Shown: one piece after another, positions 57,797 to 64,000 of the stretch
Numbering within the stretch: the first letter of the stretch is position 1
Layout of the letters: every line of letters starts with the position of its first letter
Assembly: GCA_963750275.1 (NCBI GenBank)
Contig: CAVVQC010000005.1
Coordinates: 756,105 to 820,104 of the forward strand
Length of the DNA: 64,000 bases
Origin: an uncultured Chloroflexia bacterium
GTDB taxonomy: Bacteria > Chloroflexota > Chloroflexia > Thermomicrobiales > UBA6265
Direction of reading: 5' to 3'
Translations under genes and position numbers: made by a program
The notes under the pieces: generated by a model
Database searches by the model: none
The model's input: only the letters and a program-made list of their open reading frames with translations
Told to the model about the DNA's origin: nothing

Positions 57797-57844
57797 CAAA
57801 ACCTCACGCACCTACCGGAACCGGTGAATGGTCTACATACGTGA

Positions 57845-57874
57845 CCCACTCTTTCTCGGCCGAGAAAGAGTGGG
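57845..57874. terminator. strong hairpin between convergent genes
   Basis: CCCACTCTTTCTCG-gc-CGAGAAAGAGTGGG is a perfect 14-bp inverted repeat 49 nt after the MCO stop. No U-tract follows. Confidence 0.6.
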
Positions 57875-57904
57875 GCAGACGAAACTCCGCCAAACAATCT
57901 CGAG

Positions 57905-58050
57905 TTGATGGGATATCAGATCACCAGGATAGACTCCATCACGCGAGAAGGCATGATCTTCACAGACGCGTATGGCGAGCAATCGTGTCCTGCCGGGCGC
58001 GCTGCATCGCCGAGTGATCGGCACGCGGACTCGCCTGCCCGATGGAGTTG
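57905..58050 (+). pseudogene. possible N-terminal fragment of a sulfatase-family gene
   Basis: (M)GYQITRIDSITREGMIFTDAYGEQSCPAGRAA resembles the sulfatase block ..TPNIDrLAkEGm.FtD.Y.eqSCt.GRaa. Nothing sulfatase-like continues beyond it, and the sequence then runs antisense into the AKR gene. Confidence 0.25.
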
Positions 58051-58051
58051 C

Positions 58052-58908
58052 TCAAACGAAGAGCGGTTCCATCGCCTGCGAACGCACCAGGCCATCCATC
58101 TCCACATCGCTTGGGCGCGTGCCGAATCGCTCGGCGGCGTCGATGACCTTTGGCAGCAAGTTCACATCGCTGGCGGTGTTGAGGAAGACCTGCTCGTTCC
58201 CCAATACCCACTGCGCAGCCAGGTCGATCGAATCCTGATCCACCAGCGGCTTGTACCAGGTAGTCGTCGTCTGCGGATCATCGCCCCACGGGGCACGGGT
58301 GATCCCCTTGATCGTCTGCACTGCCACCTTCCGCTCGGCGCAGACCCGCGACAGCTCATCGAAATCGGCCGCGTACTCCGGGTTCTGCATGAGAATGTAG
58401 CTATACGGAAGCAGCACCGAATCGAAATCGAACCGCTCCAGCGAGCGCGATGCATTCGTGCAATCGGCACGCCATGCCCGGTCACGCCAATAAAGCGCAC
58501 CAATCCCTCGTCCCGCGCACGCACCGCCGCTTCCAACGCGCCGCCCGGTCCCATCGCCGTTTGCCACTCGTCCTCTTCGACCAGATTGTGCAGTTGAATC
58601 AGATCGACCCGATCGGTCCGCAATCGCTCTAGTGATCGCTGGATCTCGTCATACGCCGGACCGGCGCTTCGCTCGCCCGTCTTCGTCGCTAGAAAGAACC
58701 GATCTCGATGCTCCGCCATCCAGGGACCAAGTCGCAATTCCGACTCACCATAGCTGGCTGCCGTGTCGATATGGTTGATTCCCCAACCGAGAATCTGCTC
58801 CATCGTCTGGTCTGCCACGTCCTGTGACACATCTCCGAAAGCTGCTGCCCCGAAAATCACCCGTGTGCTCTCGTGCCCGGTCCGGCCAAATGGTTGTGTT
58901 GCGATCAT
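58052..58908 (-). pseudogene. aldo/keto reductase, one frameshift as assembled
   Basis: ORF 58162..58908 reads [41 protein letters not shown] 58052..58567 continues in another frame: [24 protein letters not shown]...QWVLGNEQV. The junction is near 58465-58475. Confidence 0.8.
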
Positions 58909-59040
58909 GGGTTTGGCTCCGTTCGATGCTGGAATGACACGCTATCTCGCGGCAACCGCGTCGTACATTCGGTCTTCACCATAGAGCGTGAGCGTCGATC
59001 CTGCAAAGATGGTCATGCTCGGACGGAGCGGATGTCGATC

Positions 59041-59934
59041 TTACTCGTCCAGGGAACGCAAATGCCCTTCGAAGAAGGCGCTTGCTTCTCGCCCTACCCA
59101 ACGCAACGCGTCTTCGACCGTCATACCGCGCGCTGCCGAAGCTAGCGAGTGATCGGCCCCCGGCAGCACCTCGAGCGTCGCTTCGCATCCCGCTGCGATC
59201 AATGCGTCGTACAGTGCGATCCCCTGCTCCACCGGTACCACGTCGTCGGCCGCCCCATGAACGATCAGGAAAGGCGGCATTCCCGGGCGAATATGCGCGA
59301 TCGGATTTGCCAAACGTACCAGCTCCGTGCGCTCCTCCAGCGGACCACCTACTAATTTCTCGGTCGCGCGTCGCGGTTCGACATGCGGCCAGTCCGCTGG
59401 GATCTCCAGAAAATGAGTGGCTGGCGAAAGCGCGACGACCGACTGGACCTTGCTCGAGATTCCCGGAGAACCGCTCTCTCCCTCCAGTTCCGCCAGATCG
59501 CCCGTCGTGCCGACCAGTGCGGCGAGATGTCCACCAGCAGAATGCCCCCAGACGCCAATCCGCTCCGGATCGACGCCGAGCGACTCCGCGTTAGCACGCA
59601 CCCAGCGCACCGCTGCTTTCACATCGTGCAATTGCGCGGGAAAAATCGCCTGGTCGCTCAGCCGATATTGAATGCTAAGGAAGACAAACCCTGCCAGCGC
59701 GAGCTCAGGTCCGAACGTATCGGAGAATCCCCCACGCTTGTCGCCCGCTTCCCAACCGCCACCATGGATCCAAACCAGCGCCGGCAGGAGACCGTCAGGT
59801 CGAGGATCGGGTGTCAGCACATCGAGCAAGAGCGCTTCTCCATCTGCCGATCCATAGGGCACATCTTCGACAACTATCACGCCAGATCCCTGTTCCACGA
59901 GCACGTTCCTTTCTGGGGAGTTCGAAGAGTACAT
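59041..59934 (-). CDS. alpha/beta hydrolase (esterase/lipase, HGGG-type)
   Basis: The oxyanion block is LVWIHGGGWEAGDK, the nucleophile is VWGHSAGGHLA and the C-terminal block is HGAADDVVP...GADHS. Probable start ATG 59934. Confidence 0.8.
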   Translation of the reverse strand: MYSSNSPERNVLVEQGSGVIVVEDVPYGSADGEALLLDVLTPDPRPDGLLPALVWIHGGGWEAGDKRGGFSDTFGPELALAGFVFLSIQYRLSDQAIFPAQLHDVKAAVRWVRANAESLGVDPERIGVWGHSAGGHLAALVGTTGDLAELEGESGSPGISSKVQSVVALSPATHFLEIPADWPHVEPRRATEKLVGGPLEERTELVRLANPIAHIRPGMPPFLIVHGAADDVVPVEQGIALYDALIAAGCEATLEVLPGADHSLASAARGMTVEDALRWVGREASAFFEGHLRSLDE

Positions 59935-60154
59935 CCTACCGTGATCGAGGCCGCGGACAAAGACGCTGCACGCTCGGCAGAACCCTCCGTAGCGGCCTCC
60001 CCACATTCACGCCAGAGATACCTCCCCTGCGCGTTTCGGTCGGCTTTTCTTTTTTCAGCCATACTCCCGTGCGCCGGTGATCAGAAACAAACCGGAACCC
60101 GAGGCGGCCTGGAACGTTGATGTGGAAATCCGGGGCTGCTCCACAACGAGACGC

Positions 60155-62116
60155 ATGACAGCTACCACGACGCTCACCAATCCTCGCACGCCCAGAAAAC
60201 CCGATTCCCGGCTCAGAGCCTGGCTGCTGAATGGAACCTCGGCTCGGGAAACGGACGGTCCCCTCGAACACGTTCATGCCGGCCACCAGCATCCCTGGTG
60301 GAAGGTCATGTGCCTGACCGGCGTCGATTATTTCTCCACGCTTGGCTATCAACCCGGTATCGCCGCACTGGCGGCTGGCGCCCTCGCCCCCATTGCCACA
60401 TTGATTCTGGTACTGGTCACGCTTTTCGGCGCGCTGCCCATGTACAAACGCGTTGCCTCGGCAAGCCCGTATGGCGACGGTTCGATCTCCATGCTGGAAC
60501 GCTTGCTGAGCTGGTGGCAGGGCAAGCTGCTGGTCCTCTGTCTCATTGGCTTCATGGCGACCGGCTTCATCATCACTATCACCCTTTCGGCCGCCGACGC
60601 CACTGCCCACATCGCGGAAAATCCCTTCACCGGTTTTCTCCAGGGTCTGGAAGTCCCGATCACCCTCGTCCTGATCGGTCTTCTGGGCGTCGTATTTCTT
60701 CGTGGGTTCGGCGAAGCCATTGGCATTGCCGTCGGACTGGTTGCGGTCTATCTCGCGTTGAATGCGATCGTCCTCGGCGCCTCCCTTATCGAGATCGCGC
60801 GGAATCCGGATGTGATGCACGCCTGGCGGGTTCAGTTGAATACCGACTACGGCAATCCGATGCTGATGATCGCCGCTGCCCTGGTGCTCTTCCCCAAACT
60901 GGCACTGGGGCTCTCCGGATTCGAGACCGGCGTGCTCGTGATGCCGTTGGTCAAAGGAGATCCTACCGACACGCCGGCTAATCCTGCTGGCCGCATTCGC
61001 AACACCCACCGGTTGCTCACCACGGCAGCAGCGATCATGAGTGTCTTGCTCATTCTCAGCAGTCTCGTGACCACCGTGCTGATTCCTCCCGCCGCGTTCG
61101 AAGAAGGTGGCCAGGCAAACGGCCGGGCACTGGCATATCTGGCACACGAGCTACTCGGCAACGGCATCGGCACGATCTACGACATCAGCACCATCACCAT
61201 CCTCTGGTTTGCTGGAGCCTCGGCGTTGGCCGGTTTGCTCAATATCGTGCCGCGCTTCCTGCCGCGCTATGGCATGGCCCCAACCTGGGCCAATGCGCAT
61301 CGCCCGCTGGTGCTTGTCTTCATGGTCATCTGTTTCCTGGTCACCTTTGCCTTCCAGGCCGATGTCGATGCGCAGGCCGGTGCCTATGCAACCGGGGTGC
61401 TGGCGGTCATTACCTCCGCCTCCGTCGCGGTCACGCTGGCCGCGCGACGCAAGCACCAGCGGAAGGCCGTCATCTCGTTTGGCATCGTCTCCCTGCTCTT
61501 CATCTACACCACGGTCGTCACCATCTATAAAGATCCGGAAGGGTTGCAGATCGCGCTCATGTTCATCGCCACGATCGTGGTGGTCTCGCTGTTGTCGCGC
61601 ACCTTGCGTTCCACTGAGCTCCGGGCGTCCAGCGTGACCTTCGACGAAGACGCGATGCAGTTCTTCACGGCTTGTGAAGAACGCGGCGAGCTGCGCATCA
61701 TCGCCAATCACCCGGACCAGCGCACCTCGCGCGAGTACCTGCTCAAGGAACGCGAAGAACGGGAAGCAAGCAACATCCCGGTCGGCGTACCAGTGCTCTT
61801 TCTCGAAGTCACCGTGACCGATGCCTCAGAATTCGCCTCCTCCATCCAGGTTGCAGGCCAGACCGTCGGACAGTTCAAGGTGCTCCGTGCGGTCGGCGCC
61901 TCGATTCCCAACACCATCGCCGCGGTTCTGCTGGCCATCCGGGACGAAACCGGCTGCCGCCCGCATGTCTACTTCGGCTGGACCGAAGGCAACCCGCTCA
62001 AATACCTGGCGCGTTTTATCTTCTTTGGAGAAGGCGACATCGCCCCCGTCACCCACGAAGTCCTGCGCAAAGCCGAACCCGACCCCAAACGCCGCCCCGC
62101 CATCCACGTCGGGTAA
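60155..62116 (+). CDS. APC-superfamily-like permease with a ~200-aa cytoplasmic C-terminal domain
   Basis: Start ATG 60155 ([11 protein letters not shown]). It has ~12 TM helices followed by a soluble tail (..[26 protein letters not shown]..). The substrate is unknown. Confidence 0.65.
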   Translation: MTATTTLTNPRTPRKPDSRLRAWLLNGTSARETDGPLEHVHAGHQHPWWKVMCLTGVDYFSTLGYQPGIAALAAGALAPIATLILVLVTLFGALPMYKRVASASPYGDGSISMLERLLSWWQGKLLVLCLIGFMATGFIITITLSAADATAHIAENPFTGFLQGLEVPITLVLIGLLGVVFLRGFGEAIGIAVGLVAVYLALNAIVLGASLIEIARNPDVMHAWRVQLNTDYGNPMLMIAAALVLFPKLALGLSGFETGVLVMPLVKGDPTDTPANPAGRIRNTHRLLTTAAAIMSVLLILSSLVTTVLIPPAAFEEGGQANGRALAYLAHELLGNGIGTIYDISTITILWFAGASALAGLLNIVPRFLPRYGMAPTWANAHRPLVLVFMVICFLVTFAFQADVDAQAGAYATGVLAVITSASVAVTLAARRKHQRKAVISFGIVSLLFIYTTVVTIYKDPEGLQIALMFIATIVVVSLLSRTLRSTELRASSVTFDEDAMQFFTACEERGELRIIANHPDQRTSREYLLKEREEREASNIPVGVPVLFLEVTVTDASEFASSIQVAGQTVGQFKVLRAVGASIPNTIAAVLLAIRDETGCRPHVYFGWTEGNPLKYLARFIFFGEGDIAPVTHEVLRKAEPDPKRRPAIHVG

Positions 62117-62167
62117 AACCCAGAACCGCCCGCCCGCACATTCCCAAACCAGCTCCACCTCATCCTT

Positions 62168-62199
62168 GTCATTCTGAGCAACGCGAAGAATCTCTCTCG
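62168..62199 (+). repeat. dispersed ~30-nt repeat copy
   Basis: The sequence is GTCATTCTGAGCAACGCGAAGAATCTCTCTCG between convergent genes. It is the closest relative of the copy at 29711. Confidence 0.7.
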
Positions 62200-62329
62200 T
62201 CGACGCAGCACACACCCAAGCGATCAGCTTCTATCGACAACCACGCAAACCAGTAACCACAAACAAAGCCGGGGCAATCGCTCGCCCCGGCTCGAAATCC
62301 AATGTGCTTTCGCATCTGACGAATCAACG

Positions 62330-63241
62330 CTACGGCACGTCGATCTCCTCGAACATCCCCTCGGCCGCATGTGGCAGCATGTCCGGGCTGTTCGGATCGG
62401 TCACGAAGCAGGTGATGTAGTTGTAGCCAGAGGTGAAATCGACCACCGCCCAGATCTTCACACCGGCGGAAACCGTCGTGATGCCCGAGGGGCTGAACTG
62501 GATCTCGTCCAGACCCGGCAAACCGGAATCGGGCGCCGGCGTAGCGCCGTCTTCCATCATCAACAACTGCATGAACTGGTCGTTATCCAGCGGCACCGGG
62601 CTCACCAGCGCCGCCACGAAATGCGGCTGATCGGTCTTGTTATAGAACTGGACCAGATTCGGACCGGCCACCACATCGCCCGCTACCGCGAAGTCGTATC
62701 CGGTCTCGTTGCTCGTAGCGGTGATGGTTACGGTCGGGGTGATCTCTCGCAGCGTGTCCGGCATCGCGCCGGTCACCTGGATCTCGGTCATCGGGATGGC
62801 CGAACCCGGGTCGTCCGCCCAGACCACCCAATTGCCCGGAAGAAGATCGATCACGGCCTGTCCCACCGTGCCCGGCGCGCCCATGGCGCCTCCGGCGATC
62901 GTGGTGTGATACAGCCACGATAAGCTGGCCCCGGTTTCGTCCTCCGCCGCGAAGGCCGCGGTCACATCATCGAAGGTCATACCATCGGGAATGAGGAAGA
63001 ACGAAGCCGCCGAGGGCTCGCTCGTCTCGATCGAGGCATTGACCAGATAGCGGCCCGCCGGGATCGACGACGGCAGATCGAAACCCGCATCGGTCACGGT
63101 GATATCGAACTCGCTAAGCCCCAGCCCGGATGCCGTCACCAGAGGCGGTGCCGCCTCGGGCGTGGCATCCTGCGCCAGCGACGGCGTCACCAGCGTGAGC
63201 GCCAGCAGCAGCGCAACAAGAAGACCAAACCATCGTTTCAT
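62330..63241 (-). CDS. Sec-exported two-domain protein with C-terminal cupredoxin-like ligand pattern (paralog of 9678..10538)
   Basis: Signal peptide: MKRWFGLLVALLLALTLVTPSLAQ. Blocks shared with the paralog are ITVTD..IPAGRY, VIDLLPGNW, QPHFVAAL, and C-x10-H-x3-M in YITCFVTDPNSPDMLPHAAEGMFEEIDV. Confidence 0.6.
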   Translation of the reverse strand: MKRWFGLLVALLLALTLVTPSLAQDATPEAAPPLVTASGLGLSEFDITVTDAGFDLPSSIPAGRYLVNASIETSEPSAASFFLIPDGMTFDDVTAAFAAEDETGASLSWLYHTTIAGGAMGAPGTVGQAVIDLLPGNWVVWADDPGSAIPMTEIQVTGAMPDTLREITPTVTITATSNETGYDFAVAGDVVAGPNLVQFYNKTDQPHFVAALVSPVPLDNDQFMQLLMMEDGATPAPDSGLPGLDEIQFSPSGITTVSAGVKIWAVVDFTSGYNYITCFVTDPNSPDMLPHAAEGMFEEIDVP

Positions 63242-63427
63242 CGCTGTCCTCCCTGTTCAGTTTCCACCCGCCGATCCATTGCGACAGGATCACCCTCCGG
63301 CCCCCCACGCACCCTCGCGCGGCATCGGCTATGCACTTCTCGGTGATGGCACCATCATGCGCCTGTTGGGTCAAAAACGGAAGTGCCCTTGTCCGCGAAC
63401 TGATGCATCCGGCCGTATGATTGCCCA

Positions 63428-64000
63428 ATGACGCACCCAATCCGTTTCCACGTCCTCATCATTCCCACCACCGATTGGCCCGAGGTCCTGCGCCGCGCCC
63501 AATGGCTGGAAACCCTCGGCCTCGACGCGGTCATGCTCCCGGATCATCTGGTCGACTGGACCAATCCCCCCGCTCCCTGGTACGACGCATGGACCGCCCT
63601 TGCTGCCCTGGCCCAGGCCACCAGCACCATCCGGCTCGGCACCGCCGTGACCCAGATTCCGTTGCGTAACCCGGCCATGCTCGCCCGGCAAGTGCTCACC
63701 CTCGACCAGATCTCCCATGGCCGCATCGAGCTCGGGCTCGGCACCGGCCTGACCATCGATCCGTCCTACAAGATGGGCGGCTTCCCGAACTGGTCCAACG
63801 CCGAACGCGCCGACCGCTTCGGCGAATATCTCGAGCTCGTCGCCCAGCTCCTTTCGCAGGAAACCACCACCTTCGCCGGCCGCTACTACCAGGCCGATGG
63901 CGCCGTCATGAACCCGCGTCCCATCCAGCAACCCCGTCCGCCCATCATGGTGGCCGCCCTTGGCCCGAAGATGATGCGCCACACCGTCCGCCACGCCGAC
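63428..64000 (+). CDS. LLM-class (F420-dependent-like) oxidoreductase, 3' end outside window
   Basis: My own translation from ATG 63428: MTHPIRFHVLIIPTTDWPEVLRRAQWLETLGLDAVMLPDHLVDW..IRLGTAVTQIPLRNPAMLARQVLTLDQISHGRIELGLGTG... It is open to the window end and is not in the ORF track because no stop is reached. Confidence 0.75.
   Translation, partial: MTHPIRFHVLIIPTTDWPEVLRRAQWLETLGLDAVMLPDHLVDWTNPPAPWYDAWTALAALAQATSTIRLGTAVTQIPLRNPAMLARQVLTLDQISHGRIELGLGTGLTIDPSYKMGGFPNWSNAERADRFGEYLELVAQLLSQETTTFAGRYYQADGAVMNPRPIQQPRPPIMVAALGPKMMRHTVRHAD

Noticed and set aside
1-64000. Mobile elements, prophage genes, CRISPR arrays, rRNA/tRNA genes
   Set aside because: I searched the ORF translations and intergenic DNA. 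No transposase, integrase or phage motifs were seen, no regularly spaced direct repeats, and no RNA-gene-like segments. The only repeats are the lanA duplication, the ~30-nt dispersed element and the G10 tract.

Overview
Visibly GC-rich, densely coding bacterial chromosomal window (GC not computed) with about 50 protein genes and no rRNA, tRNA, CRISPR array, transposase or integrase that I can support. The gene content (several F420/LLM-type oxidoreductases, an eRF1-like baeRF/acVLRF1-type protein, MlrC, Tat-exported copper proteins) suggests a Chloroflexota- or Actinomycetota-like organism; this is inference only.

Left to right:
- Ere-family esterase (partial), VIT+VWA secreted protein, YciI.
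- A UvrA paralog behind an SOS-box promoter.
- A NarL-type two-component pair.
- A secreted cupredoxin-like protein, a Fic remnant and an eRF1-like protein.
- A BBE-type FAD oxidase and an Ada-Zn-like small protein.
- An ECF sigma factor, an anti-sigma segment and a PQQ beta-propeller module.
- A GntR-regulated sugar ABC plus enolase-superfamily operon.
- A cation/H+ antiporter, a 647-aa unknown protein and a CopZ-like gene with a CsoR-type operator.
- SDR, a large LuxR (LAL) regulator, hydrolases, a disulfide reductase and two LLM oxidoreductases.
- A class III lanthipeptide locus.
- An XRE-cupin regulator with an aminotransferase, MlrC, ABC transporter and D-TA operon.
- A nucleoside phosphorylase, DoxX and a 992-aa Tat multicopper oxidase.
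- AKR, an esterase, an APC-like permease, a second cupredoxin-like paralog and a partial LLM gene.

The best candidate for a novel system is the lanthipeptide locus at 38.8-42.4 kb on the minus strand. It has two tandem precursor genes with near-identical LDLQ-type leaders and diverged SVTSC(D/S)HHSC cores, followed by a LanKC lyase-kinase-cyclase synthetase.

There is a second, window-wide signal. At least 12 genes are interrupted by single-nucleotide indels (>=18 events). These are concentrated at 29.5-32.5 kb and inside lanKC. Split ORFs must therefore be merged, and assembly error versus real gene decay has to be resolved from reads.

A roughly 30-nt dispersed repeat (GTCATYCTGAnC..GAAGRATCTC) occurs at least 5-6 times in intergenic DNA.
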